Source of the DNA: Candidatus Dormiibacterota bacterium | GTDB taxonomy: Bacteria > Chloroflexota > Dormibacteria > Aeolococcales > Aeolococcaceae | Assembly (NCBI GenBank): GCA_963718525.1 | Contig: OY970355.1 | Span: 2,048,001-2,112,000, forward strand | DNA: 64,000 nucleotides | Direction of reading: 5' to 3' | Part shown: positions 9,669-19,860 of the stretch, piece by piece | Layout of the letters: every line of letters begins with the position of its first letter | How positions within the stretch are numbered: the stretch's first letter is position 1 | The notes under the pieces: generated by a model | Seen by the model: only the letters and a program-made list of their open reading frames with translations | Database searches by the model: none | Told to the model about the DNA's origin: nothing | Program-made: the position numbers and the translations under genes

Positions 9669-11222
9669 ATGAAGACGCAAGGCGCACGGAGGTGGTGGGC
9701 ACTCGCAGCGGTCAGCCTTGGTGTCCTCGCGGTGGGGCTCGACGGCACGGTGCTTACCGTGGCGCTGCCGACGCTCGCGAACGCGCTGCACGCCTCGGAA
9801 TCCGATCTCCAGTGGTTCACGTCCGGATACTTCCTGGTCCTGGCTGCGTCGATGTTGCCGGCCGGCCTGCTCGGCGACCGCTTCGGCCACAAGAAGGTGC
9901 TGGTGATCGCGCTCGCCCTGTTCGGTGTCGGGTCGGTCGCCTGCGCGTATTCCGCGTCGGTGGGGGAGTTCCTTGCAGCGCGGGTGCTCCTCGGTCTCGC
10001 GGGTGCCGGTGTCGTGGTCATGGCCATCTCAGCCCTCACCGTCCTCTTCAGCAAGGAAGAGCGGCCCAAGGCGGTTGGGATCTGGGCGGCCGCGAACTTC
10101 CTGTCGCTGCCGGTTGGGCCGATCCTCGGCGGGTGGATGCTCTCCCACTTCTGGTGGGGATGGGTGTTCCTCATTAACGCGCCAGTCGCCGCGCTCGGCG
10201 TGTTCGCCCTGGTCACGCTGGTGCCGGAGTCGCGCTCTCCGGAACGCCCGGGGTTCGAGTTTCTAGGCATTGCGCTCTCCGTCGCTGGGCTGGTATCGCT
10301 GACCTACGGTTTCATCGAGGCCGGTGAGAAAGGATGGAGCGACCCGACCGCCCTCGTTTCGATGCTCATCGGTGTGGTGGTGCTGGTGGGCTTCGGCGCC
10401 TGGGAGCGCTTGCTCTACCGGCGCCCCAGTGGGCAGCCGCTCCTCGACCTCAGCCTGTTCCCCTCGGCGTCGTTCACCTGGGGGGTGATCCTGGCTGCGT
10501 TCGCCGTGCTTGCCATGATCGGCGTGCTCTTCACCATGCCCCAGTACTTCCAGGGCGTGTTGGGCACCGACGCCATGGGCTCCGGACTCCGGCTGCTGCC
10601 GGTGATCTTCGGCCTGGTGCTGGGAGCGGTCCCTGCCGAGCGGATCGTGCGTGTCGTCGGGGCCAAGCTCGTCGCCGCGGCTGGATTCCTGCTCCTGGCG
10701 ATCGGATTGTTCATCGGCTCGACGACCGGCGTCGGCTCGAGCACGGTGTTCGTCGCCGTTTGGATGGCGGTCGCCGGCATGGGCCTCGGCCTGGCGCTCT
10801 CCACGTCGACCTCGGCGGCTCTCGTCGAGCTGTCCGAGGAGCGCAGCGGCGTCGGGTCCGCGGTGCTGCAGGCCGTAAACAAGGTCGGCGGGCCTTTCGG
10901 TACCGCCATCCTCGGCAGCGCGTTGAGCTCCGTGTATCTCTCGAGGCTCGTCCTGACAGGACTGCCCAACGCCGCCGCCACAGCCGTCCGGCAAAGCGTG
11001 TTCGCGGGCGTCGCGGTCGCGCAGCAGACCGGCTCCGCGTCATTGCTCCAGTCGGTGCGCAGCGCGTTCACCGGCGGCATGGATGTCGCGCTGGTCGTCT
11101 CCGCCGGGATCGCCGTCGCAGGGCTTCTGCTCACACTGCTCTTCCTCCCGCGCAGCAACGCGTTGCAGGACAATCAGGCTGTGCAACCGGACATGGGGCG
11201 TGAGCTTGCAGGCATCCGCTAA
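9669..11222 (+). CDS. DHA2-family MFS drug efflux permease
   Basis: LDGTVLTVALP, GLLGDRFGHKK, GPILGG and WVFLINAP; about 14 TM segments; GGAGG RBS. Confidence 0.9.
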   Translation: MKTQGARRWWALAAVSLGVLAVGLDGTVLTVALPTLANALHASESDLQWFTSGYFLVLAASMLPAGLLGDRFGHKKVLVIALALFGVGSVACAYSASVGEFLAARVLLGLAGAGVVVMAISALTVLFSKEERPKAVGIWAAANFLSLPVGPILGGWMLSHFWWGWVFLINAPVAALGVFALVTLVPESRSPERPGFEFLGIALSVAGLVSLTYGFIEAGEKGWSDPTALVSMLIGVVVLVGFGAWERLLYRRPSGQPLLDLSLFPSASFTWGVILAAFAVLAMIGVLFTMPQYFQGVLGTDAMGSGLRLLPVIFGLVLGAVPAERIVRVVGAKLVAAAGFLLLAIGLFIGSTTGVGSSTVFVAVWMAVAGMGLGLALSTSTSAALVELSEERSGVGSAVLQAVNKVGGPFGTAILGSALSSVYLSRLVLTGLPNAAATAVRQSVFAGVAVAQQTGSASLLQSVRSAFTGGMDVALVVSAGIAVAGLLLTLLFLPRSNALQDNQAVQPDMGRELAGIR

Positions 11223-11808
11223 CGTCCGCGCGCCGGGTCTTCGCGAGCGTAAGAAGGAACGCACCCGCGAGATGATCCGTGCACACGCGATGCGCCTCTT
11301 CCGGACCCAGGGCTACGAGGCCACGACCGTGCAGCAGATCATCGATGAGGTCGAGATCTCGGAGAGCACGTTCTTTCGATATTTCCCGACGAAGGGCGAC
11401 GTCGTGCTCTCCGACGACTTCGACCCGATCATCGTTGCCGCGTTTCAGCGCCAACCTTCGGAGTTGACGCCGATCCAGGCGCTGCGCGGCGCTTTTCACG
11501 AGGCATTCGGCGCTCTCCAACCCGATCAGATCGCTGAGCAGTCGGACCGCATGGACATGATGCTCGCTGTCCCCGAGCTGCGGGCCGCGATGCTTGAGCA
11601 GTTCGCGGCGGCGTGGCGGCTGCTCTGCACCCTGTTCGCTGACCGCGCTAGGCGGAGCCCCAACGACATTGCGGTGCAGACGCTCTCCGGGGCGGTGGTC
11701 GGCGCCGCCATGGCGGTGATGTTCGCGATGATGGGCGATCCGAAGGCCAACCTCGCGGCACTACTGGACGAGGCGATGGCGCACCTCGAAGGTGACCTGA
11801 CACTCTGA
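11200..11808 (+). CDS. TetR family transcriptional regulator
   Basis: GLRERKKERTR...GYEATTVQQI...STFFRYFPTK. Confidence 0.9.
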   Translation: MSLQASANVRAPGLRERKKERTREMIRAHAMRLFRTQGYEATTVQQIIDEVEISESTFFRYFPTKGDVVLSDDFDPIIVAAFQRQPSELTPIQALRGAFHEAFGALQPDQIAEQSDRMDMMLAVPELRAAMLEQFAAAWRLLCTLFADRARRSPNDIAVQTLSGAVVGAAMAVMFAMMGDPKANLAALLDEAMAHLEGDLTL

Positions 11809-12092
11809 CCGGTTTGCGCGTACCCACGGCTGGCCGCCCCCTTTTCGCCATTGCGGCCTCAGCCAGAAGGCCGCCTGCCATCGACGGTGAACTTCAACGT
11901 CGAGGAGTTGTAGCTGCAGATCAGAGCGGGGCCGAGCCGACCGCGGCCGTCGCACGCTTCCGCGTATGTGTCGAGCCGCCTTTGCACCCGTCCTGAGCCC
12001 AGGCCACTCGGGCTGAGTTTGGTCGACTAGCTGTCTTGGCGGCGCGTGCATCATCTCGCAGGCATCCGTCTACCTATTCACCTTCCACCGCA

Positions 12093-14069
12093 CTAGGTGA
12101 GATGGACCGGTGTGCTCGCGTAGTTGACGACGAGCGTGAAGGTATCGGTAGCCGTGCCGCCGGTCACGCTGTAGTTCATGTTCCACCACCCGCCGTTGCC
12201 AGCCGCGTAGTTCGACGGAATCTGCAGCTTGAAGAGCAGCCAGCGGGCATTGAAGAAGTCGGTTGAGGACCGGCCGCTGCACCCCGTGATGACTGCGGTA
12301 TTGACCAACGCTTGGTTGGTGTTGGGTTGAATCGCCGTGCTGGCACACGAGTCGGCGCTGTTGACCAGCAAACTGGACGTCGGAGTTGTGTTCAAGCTGT
12401 ACCCGAGGTCGTAGACTGGGACTCCCGCCGCCGACGTGAACAAGCATGGCGCCGGGGTGACACCGCAGCTCTGCTGGTCAGGGTTCAGGATGGAAATCTG
12501 GTTGCTGCCGCTCACGTCGCCCACATCGAAGACGTAGAAGTTAATGGTCTGACCCGCGTAGTCGGCAGGAACGTTGAAGAGCGGGAGGGAAAACCCTGAC
12601 GAGCCGGACGACTGAATGGGCGTATAGACCGCAAGCTCGTCGAGCGCCGACACCTGGCACCCCGGATCCGTGCACTCCGTGTATGAGCCGCCACCGGGGA
12701 CTGCCAGCTGCACAGAGTAGCCCTTATGCGCCATTGAGCACGGCGACGCGGCAGCGTCATCGCCGGGGCGAAGACCCTGATAGTCGAGCATGTCGACGCG
12801 GAGCCGATACGAGCCGGGGGCGAGAGATCCGCCCGAGAGAGAGTTGGCCACATGCAAGACGTTGTACGTGGTGCCGCCGGAGGTCCATTGGGTAAGGGCC
12901 GCTGGAGGTGTCCCAACATCCACCCACCCGTGGTAGATGTTGTTCAGCACGTAGTTGAAGACCGCGGCGTGCGACGACGATGAGAGAGTCTGCCCATTGC
13001 GAACGTCGACGAAGGAGGTGACGGCACCGCTCGTGATGGTCACGTTTAGCGGATCAACGATGACCTGGCTGACGGGGGTGTCCTTGCTGTGATCGAAGAT
13101 GTCGTTGACCTTGAATATCGTGTACTCCATCGCGGAATACTGATCCGTATAGGAGTTACCCATGAAGTCTCCGTCCTGCTCGTGCATGTTGTAGCTGCTC
13201 CCGGAGGGGTTGAACCCACCATCGGGAGCGAAGGCAGGGTTGTAAACTCGCACGTACCCCGATGGGACAGTGCTGGGTACCACGACGGAGAAGTTGTACC
13301 CGCCGCGCTCAGGCAGCAGATTGTAGCCAGCGCTCGTTAGTGTGGCGTCGGAAACGTCTGTTCCAAGGTTGGCGCTCAGCGCATGCACGTCGGTGGACGA
13401 GCCTTCAGGCGCCGAGTTCTCGGTAACCCCTTGCTGGCAAGAGAAGTTGGCGTTTACGTTGTTGGGGTCGTACGCATCACCCTCCCCACGGTCGGTCCCA
13501 TAGCCCTCGGAACGGAGGAAGTAGTAATTCCCCGCGGTGCCGAGCTGACCTTCCGAGCTTCCAATTTGCGCGCCTGGCTGGCCAAGCGAGATCGGGGGCA
13601 GATAGAACGCCGTGTCGGTTGCGACCACGGGATGGGCTCCGAATCCAAGAATACGGAGGAATGTCGGCTGTACGTATGTTCTGACGGAAACGGTGAGCTT
13701 ATTCGCAGAGCATGAGGATCCGCTACAACCGGCGGGGTAACGAGCAACGGTCACGGTGACCGGGTTGCCATCCAGGGTGCTTCCGTTGGCGTATCCATCG
13801 CGAGCCGTAGCGGCACACGCCGCCGCGTCGGCCGGTCCGCTGCTGCAGCCTGTGCCTCCGAATCCGCCTGGCATGTAGGGGACGCCCGCAAGTGCCCCCG
13901 CGGCAGCCGCGCGTTCAGCCCCGTTGTAGGATAGATATGACAGTCCTGCGTCGACGGCGAGGCCAGTGACCGCGAAAAGGAGGACGGCAATGAGCGCGAA
14001 GATCACCATGACCTGGCCCTTCGAAGAGCGGCGTCCGACGCGCGCTACATCATGATGTCGTCCGCTCAT
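12093..14069 (-). CDS. Tad-domain (TadG-like) pilus-associated protein
   Basis: GGAGG RBS; GQVMVIFALIAVLLFAVTGLAVDAG pilin-like N-terminus, AAAAGALAG and a large Cys/Ser/Gly-rich extracellular domain. Confidence 0.75.
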   Translation of the reverse strand: MSGRHHDVARVGRRSSKGQVMVIFALIAVLLFAVTGLAVDAGLSYLSYNGAERAAAAGALAGVPYMPGGFGGTGCSSGPADAAACAATARDGYANGSTLDGNPVTVTVARYPAGCSGSSCSANKLTVSVRTYVQPTFLRILGFGAHPVVATDTAFYLPPISLGQPGAQIGSSEGQLGTAGNYYFLRSEGYGTDRGEGDAYDPNNVNANFSCQQGVTENSAPEGSSTDVHALSANLGTDVSDATLTSAGYNLLPERGGYNFSVVVPSTVPSGYVRVYNPAFAPDGGFNPSGSSYNMHEQDGDFMGNSYTDQYSAMEYTIFKVNDIFDHSKDTPVSQVIVDPLNVTITSGAVTSFVDVRNGQTLSSSSHAAVFNYVLNNIYHGWVDVGTPPAALTQWTSGGTTYNVLHVANSLSGGSLAPGSYRLRVDMLDYQGLRPGDDAAASPCSMAHKGYSVQLAVPGGGSYTECTDPGCQVSALDELAVYTPIQSSGSSGFSLPLFNVPADYAGQTINFYVFDVGDVSGSNQISILNPDQQSCGVTPAPCLFTSAAGVPVYDLGYSLNTTPTSSLLVNSADSCASTAIQPNTNQALVNTAVITGCSGRSSTDFFNARWLLFKLQIPSNYAAGNGGWWNMNYSVTGGTATDTFTLVVNYASTPVHLT

Positions 14070-14071
14070 CG

Positions 14072-14708
14072 CTAGCCTCCTGACTCGTACGGCGCGAAGC
14101 ACATGGTTTCGTCCTGCGAAGCCTGCGCATTGATCGCGTCGAATGAGCTCTGCCCGTTGGTTACGCCCCGAGCTGACGGCGGCCACGGTGGACACTCGCT
14201 GGGATCTCCCGTTGACGATGCGCAACTTTGCCATTTGTTCGACACCACTTCGATTGCGGAGGGGCCGGTTCCACTGAACGTGTATTCGTCGATGCACTTA
14301 TTGGACCCGTTGACGCCTGACGGCCCGCAAGCGCATCCCGTCTGGATCACCGGAGTGCCGTCAGAGTGTGTTGAGAAACCGTAGCTCGTCGAGTTGGTGA
14401 CGAGCTCTTCGAGGTCCACTCGCTGACGTGTATGAGAGCGGATGCCTCCAAGCCTCCTGCCGTCATCCTTTGCTCTGCCGTGATGTCAGCGTTCGAGGCG
14501 GGCCCAACGCCCGCGATCGAGTTACTGCCGATCGTGGTCAAATGAACCACGGCGTTGATGCTGTAGAGGAGCAGGCCACCGTCCATCATCGCGAAGACGG
14601 CGAAGAAGAAGACGCGCGCGACGGCATGAACTCGACCAGCCCCTGGCCGCCTTCGCGCCCGCGACGGAACAGGGACCAGCCTCGATTGCGGCCTGGATCG
14701 ACACTCAT
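14072..14708 (-). pseudogene. TadE-like pseudopilin, frameshifted
   Basis: MSVDPG...GGQGLVEF (TadE GQxxVEF motif) continues in other frames as FFFAVFAMMDGGLLLY and DLEELVTN; at least two frameshifts. Confidence 0.65.
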
Positions 14709-14757
14709 GGCGAGATCATCGCGGGTGGGCGAGGAGCCAGAGTGGGCGTCGACGACT

Positions 14758-14773
14758 TGTGACAAAAATCACA
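14758..14773. promoter_or_regulatory. CRP-family binding site
   Basis: TGTGA-CAAAAA-TCACA, perfect consensus, about 50 bp upstream of the tadE-like start. Confidence 0.7.
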
Positions 14774-15138
14774 CCACCCCGTGAAGGATCGATCGGAAGT
14801 AAGTGTCCCGATCTACGGATCAACCCGAGCGTCGCAGCTAGGCGCAGCCGGGTCGCCATCCTCATCGCGAGGCCATACGGGCTACCGGTCAACGGGCAGA
14901 TCGACTAGGCGCGAGCGCGCACTGAGCTCTGGCGTCCATCTGTCATCGTCTCCAATACGGCACAAGGAAGGACAACTCGTCCCACCTTCAAGATGCCGGA
15001 TGCGACCGCCCGGGGGGAACGCGTTCGCCCAGTCAGTTTTGCCCACCCCGCGATCAACGGCCGAACCGTAAGCGTCGGAGCGTTGAGCTGTGAACGTGCC
15101 CCAACGGCCCGTGTCTGCGGGGTGTCATGGCGAACGCC

Positions 15139-15154
15139 TGTGAGCGAAGTCACA
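15139..15154. promoter_or_regulatory. CRP-family binding site
   Basis: TGTGA-GCGAAG-TCACA, perfect consensus, upstream of the lipoprotein gene. Confidence 0.7.
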
Positions 15155-15259
15155 CCGCCAATACACATGCCCTGACAATCCGATGGCAGAGCGTCTCACG
15201 TATGTGACGGAAGCGTGGCAGCGACGCCGAGCGTCACGAACGAGCGCACCCTTGGGGGC

Positions 15260-15937
15260 ATGCGAGCCCGAACCGGATGGGGATCGTTCCGTGTGGTACG
15301 AGCCAAGACGGGTATTAGTACGCTCGCCATGGTGGTCGCGGCAAGCGCATGGTCGCTAGTCGCGTGCGGTGCAAGTCATCGCGCGACAGCCCTCGCCGCC
15401 CCCAAGATCCCCGTTGCAACTCCGACAGCGACCGCCTTGGTGACCGCGACGCCGTCAACCGTACCCACCGCCTTTCCTATCGAGCCGACCGCCCCGCCGT
15501 TGCCGACGAGCGCCCAGGTCGCAGCGGTAGGCAGTGCACTGTTTCCGTACGTTCCAAGCGCGGGCGGGTACACAGAGTGCAACAGTTCCTATGACGTTGC
15601 TCATTGCCCCTTGAGTGCTCGCTTGCGATCGCAGATCGCCACATACGCCGGCGACGCTGCCAAAGCCTGTCCAAAGGGTTGTGTCGGCGGTGGGCTCATC
15701 AGTCGCCTTCATTGCTCCTCATGGCCACATGAAGCTGTCACGGCCGAGCCAGATCTTGTCGCTGACGTGGAATTGTCAGGAGGCCGCTGTACGGCGATCA
15801 CCTATTACATCCCCGTGATCGTCGAAAACAACCGCCCCGTCGCCGACGATGTCTGGTGCGGCCAGAAAGCAATTGCTTTCGGCATGTACAACAACGGCTT
15901 CGACGCCGTGAGCGGAGGGTCCTGCGCGTTTCCTTAA
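15260..15937 (+). CDS. Cys-rich putative lipoprotein
   Basis: Lipobox SLVAC, P/T-rich linker and multiple Cys in the mature domain. Confidence 0.6.
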   Translation: MRARTGWGSFRVVRAKTGISTLAMVVAASAWSLVACGASHRATALAAPKIPVATPTATALVTATPSTVPTAFPIEPTAPPLPTSAQVAAVGSALFPYVPSAGGYTECNSSYDVAHCPLSARLRSQIATYAGDAAKACPKGCVGGGLISRLHCSSWPHEAVTAEPDLVADVELSGGRCTAITYYIPVIVENNRPVADDVWCGQKAIAFGMYNNGFDAVSGGSCAFP

Positions 15938-15975
15938 CCCGTTGGCGTGCGAGCGTTCATGGAGGCACCGCGCCA

Positions 15976-17258
15976 ATGCTGAAGCCCGCTTCCTTGCTCT
16001 GGGTCTTGGTGTGCGTCGCAGCGTGCGGCTCGAATGTGATCGTGGGTCCCACACGTTCAACGACTGCCGTGCCCGGGAGCCCCACGGGTGCGACATCGTC
16101 GCCAACCAAGTGCTGGCGTTGCAACGCTGAGCCCATCACCCAGCGCGACCCCGACCGCGGCCTTTCCTCCGGGTTCATTCCTGCTAGCAAGCTGAGCTCC
16201 CGTTTCTCGGTCGCACTCAGTGGCGGCGGCGCCACTCTCGTTGGTGTTGACTTCGCGAAGGATACGAAGGGGCCGCGTACCTCTTCAGTAGCGGCGAGGC
16301 TGTGGACAGCGGAGACAACAACCCACCGTGGATCCTCGAGGAATCCTGGCGGCGAGTGACGCTGCGATCTCTTCGGCAGCGCGATTGCCCTGAGCACTGA
16401 TGGGGCCACAGCGCTGGTCGGCGCGCCGGGGAAACGCGGCGGCCTACGTCTTCACACGTGGCGGCGGAGGTGTCGGGTCGTTCTGGCTTGCGACGTGGAC
16501 ACAACAGAAGTCGATGGGCACCGACCCGGCCACGGGCGACCTCTTCGGCAGCTCAGTCGCCTTGAGTGGTGACGGTAACGACGCGCTGATCGGCGCGCCA
16601 GGCGCCAACGGTGGTCGCGGCGCCACCTTCTACTTTACGCTGGGGGTCGCCGGCTGGAGCTTGGTACAAGAGCTCACGTCGAGCGACGCAGTGGCGGGCG
16701 ACCGGTTTGGCTGCTCCATCTCGCTCAGTCCGGACGGGAGCACGGTGGTAGTCGGGGCAGACGGAAAGGGCAATGCACCTGGGCAGCCTATGTCTTCGCG
16801 CTCGTTGGTGACGGGTCTCAACAGCAGGAGCTGCGCTCAGGGTGCCGGGTGGGGAGTTTGGATACTCCGTCGCGGCAGGCCCCGGAGCGATCCTGATCGG
16901 CGCCAAGGATGCGACCTACGCATTCTCCGAGGACACCATCTCGGCGCAAGCACAGAGGTGCCCGCTCACCGCGAGCGTAGGAGATGGGTATTCACTTGGA
17001 CTGAGCGCGCATGGCAGTACTGCGCTGGTGGGCGCTCTTAGCATGGAAGCGGCATCCCTCTTCAGCTGGGGTGGCGCGACGTCGGGCAGCGAACAGCTTC
17101 TGCGACAGTCCCGCAACTCGTCGGGTAGCGCTGGTTTTGGGTATTCGGTTTGCCTCAGCTCCAACGGCAGCATCGCCACAATCGGCGATAAGGGTATGGG
17201 TGTCCTCGACGGCGCCCACGTTTTCGCGCCAGGACCGGTGAGGCTCGCGATTCCTTAG
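15976..17258 (+). pseudogene. FG-GAP repeat (integrin-like beta-propeller) lipoprotein, multiply frameshifted
   Basis: Lipobox VAAC; repeats GDLFGSSVALSGDGNDALIGAPG, GDRFGCSISLSPDGSTVVVGA and FGYSVCLSSNG spread across different frames. Confidence 0.75.
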
Positions 17259-18037
17259 GGGTGAGGATCTCCGGCGGCTATACGCGAAAGGGTCGCCTCA
17301 TCGATGACGGTGACGGATCCCGCCGTCGAATCGATCACAGCCTGTCCTTTCAGCCCGCTCAGTTCTCGACAAACGACCTCACGCGCGGTCCCCAGGGAGG
17401 TCGCAAAACGCTGCTGGCTGATGTGCGCGACCAGACGCCCGTCCGGCCCGCGGAGTGACGCTTCGCGGAGATGGCGGGCAACTCTTGTCCGCATCGGGTG
17501 CCCGACGTCATGCGCAATATTGCGCATGGCCTCCGTGGTCCATTTCGCCACGTCTTCAGCAATTCGCCAGGGCAGCTCTGGATTCAGTGCTGCCGCGCGG
17601 AGGAGGTCGTTGAACGTAAATATGGACACATCGGCTTCGGTGACCGCCTCGGCGTTCCACTCGTTGGTGCGCGCGAGATATGGCGCTATGCCGATGAGGT
17701 CGCCCGACCGAGCGTATTGCATCGTCAGGTCCCTGCCGGGCCGTGTGGCAATGAATACACGCACCACCCCGGCGTGCACCAAAGCGATCTGCGCGTTCCG
17801 ACCATCGCGGAAGACGAACTCGCCCTCAGCCAAGTGGATCTGGCCGATGCCGGCACCGAGCTGTGCCTGCCATGATGCGGCAGCGGCGTCGTGGTCGCTG
17901 CCGTCAGGACGCCGAGGTCGGCCTGAGGACGAAATGATGGGCTGATGGCCGTTTGGACGAGGGCGCGACCTGCCCTTGACCAATGCGCCGTCCCTTGAGG
18001 TGGGCGTGGTAGCCGCACCCAAGGGCTTGGCAGCCAA
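17255..18037 (-). CDS. Crp/Fnr family transcriptional regulator (start uncertain)
   Basis: cNMP-binding-like domain (GVVRVF...YARSGDLIG) and HTH ISQQRFATSLGTAREVVCRELS. Confidence 0.8.
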   Translation of the reverse strand: MAAKPLGAATTPTSRDGALVKGRSRPRPNGHQPIISSSGRPRRPDGSDHDAAAASWQAQLGAGIGQIHLAEGEFVFRDGRNAQIALVHAGVVRVFIATRPGRDLTMQYARSGDLIGIAPYLARTNEWNAEAVTEADVSIFTFNDLLRAAALNPELPWRIAEDVAKWTTEAMRNIAHDVGHPMRTRVARHLREASLRGPDGRLVAHISQQRFATSLGTAREVVCRELSGLKGQAVIDSTAGSVTVIDEATLSRIAAGDPHP

Positions 18038-18121
18038 AATGAGCCTCCGTGATCAGCCTGTGCGGACGCGGCGTCCGTTGCTCATGATCTATTCAGACCC
18101 CACACGACGCATCCGTAAGAG

Positions 18122-18769
18122 TTACGGATTCAGGGTGTTTTGGGGCGTCTGGGAGGTGGATCGCGGCTCGGCGCCTGCATCGAACGCCCAAGCGATGAGC
18201 TCACGTTTCGTTCGGACCCCGAGCTTGCCGCAAGCCCGCTCCAAGTGCGTCTCCACAGTGCGTCGGCCGATGAAGAGGCGCTCGCCGATCTGTGTCGCCG
18301 TCAGCCCATGGATTGTCATGTCTACCACCTGGCGCTCTCGGTCGGTGAGGCCCGACGCTTCCAGCGAAGCTGGAGACGGGATCGGCGGGGAAGGGAGTGG
18401 AGCTATGTCTGCGACCGGTGCTGGGGCGGGGATGCGCACGGCGCGGCGTGCGTACGCGCGCGCAACAGCATAGGACCCGACATAACTCGCAGCCTCGACC
18501 ACCGCCAACTCACTCGGCGTGTCACCAACGATCGCTTCCGCTACGCGCGTGAGCACCGCGAGAGCCAGGATGGCAACTGACCAACGCTTGTCGAGATAGA
18601 AGCACGCGATCAGAACTGGCACGATCACTATGACCCCGGTCGGCATGTCCTCTGGTAGAGGCAGCTCGACGAGAAAGAGGAGACCGATTGCGGCCACCAG
18701 TAGGACAACCAGCACCGGCTTCCTGCGGCCGCTCGCCCTATCGCGAGGGGTAGGAATGAACGCGCGCAT
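18122..18769 (-). CDS. Membrane-anchored LuxR-type HTH regulator
   Basis: About 4 TM segments followed by GLTDRERQVV...IGERLFIGRRTVETHLERACGKLGV. Confidence 0.8.
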   Translation of the reverse strand: MRAFIPTPRDRASGRRKPVLVVLLVAAIGLLFLVELPLPEDMPTGVIVIVPVLIACFYLDKRWSVAILALAVLTRVAEAIVGDTPSELAVVEAASYVGSYAVARAYARRAVRIPAPAPVADIAPLPSPPIPSPASLEASGLTDRERQVVDMTIHGLTATQIGERLFIGRRTVETHLERACGKLGVRTKRELIAWAFDAGAEPRSTSQTPQNTLNP

Positions 18770-19230
18770 GACGCACTCCAGATTATTCGAAGGCGACAAG
18801 ACGACCGCTTCCGGCCACCGGGCCGTCGATTTGCGACGACGAGCCGAGCAGGTTTGCGGCCGACGAACCAAGTCTTGAACCGGCTACGAACTGGCCAGCG
18901 GCCTCGGCATCACCATCCGACCGCTGCTCCCGGACGGGGCAAAATGGAGGTCGGGAACGTTGGGGGCCGCGGGACACCGAAGCGGCGGTCGCCGATTGGA
19001 GCGATGCACGAGGCTCGACCTCAAGTGTGAAGGCTAGCGGGCGGAGAGGTGGACCTGCCCCCGTTTGGGGGACACGACCGGTGGAGGGTTTACAACGTCC
19101 GTGAGCTACTTGACGCGGTGCCCTGTCAGTGGGTGGGTGAGCACGGTGGACTGTCGGCGCGAAGGAGCCGAGTGATCGAAGTTCAGATGGCTATAGCGAG
19201 TCAGAGTGTCCTCTGCTCAAAGCGCGAACC

Positions 19231-19460
19231 GTGGGTCGTCCCGTGACCGCCAGTGACGATGCGTTCACGCGCAAGGACGGCTCCATCCTGCCGGTTGCGT
19301 ACTCGGCGTCTCCGCTGGTGTATGCCGGCGCTGTCGATGGTGTCGTGGTTGTGTTTCGCGACATTACCGAAGAGAAATCGGAGTTGCAGCGCGCGCACGG
19401 CGAGCTCGCGGCGCTGGGGCGGGGCGGTTGCGTGATGCGCTCGACGAAGGGCGGATCGTC
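19231..19460 (+). pseudogene. Fragment of a PAS/PAC-EAL protein
   Basis: FTRKDGSILPVAYSASPL...VVVFRDITEEK (PAC motif), then in a shifted frame RDALDEGRIVL, typical of the start of an EAL domain. Confidence 0.6.
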
Positions 19461-19550
19461 CTCGGACATTCGACGGTCGCGATCACCCTCGACACCCACA
19501 GTCACGTGCTGCCAACCATGCATCGGGAAGCGGCACAGGTTATGGACGAC
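19461..19550 (+). mobile_element. Tyrosine integrase C-terminal remnant
   Basis: LGHSTVAITLDTHSHVLPTMHREAAQVMD matches LGHSxxxITLDTYSHVLP, with the catalytic Tyr replaced by His. Confidence 0.75.
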
Positions 19551-19813
19551 TTTTGGGCTCCAGACCCTCTCGCAACGGCAGCTAAGCGGGGCCTTGCCGG
19601 TCCTGGATACTCAAGGCCACGCGACCGAAGCCGTTGAGACACCGCCACCGCTATTGGTTGGGGCAGTGCTTCGTCTCGTTCTTCCCCTGCGCGCCTCTCG
19701 CACGCCATCCTCGCCAGATCGTCTAGGGGCCCTTCTCGGGCGACAACGCCGCGATATACCAAGTCAAAGTGGTGGACCAACCAACTAGGAAAGGAAATAG
19801 CAGAGACGCAACG

Positions 19814-19838
19814 AAAAGGCGGCACGCAATGCGCCGCC
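19814..19838 (-). terminator. Rho-independent terminator of the sipW/TasA-like operon
   Basis: Minus strand GGCGGCGC-ATTGC-GTGCCGCC-TTTT, about 20 bp after the stop at 19861. Confidence 0.6.
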
Positions 19839-19860
19839 CTCCGTTGTTCCTGCGAGCTTA

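Noticed and set aside
14950-15070. Possible c-di-GMP-I riboswitch (GGGCAAAAC on the minus strand) upstream of the tad genes
   Set aside because: The GNRA-capped P2 stem and the GACGCAAAG core are not present.
19049-19080. GTGGACCTGCCCCCGTTTGGGGGACAC, resembling an IS3-family terminal repeat
   Set aside because: No partner repeat or transposase was found; too weak to call.
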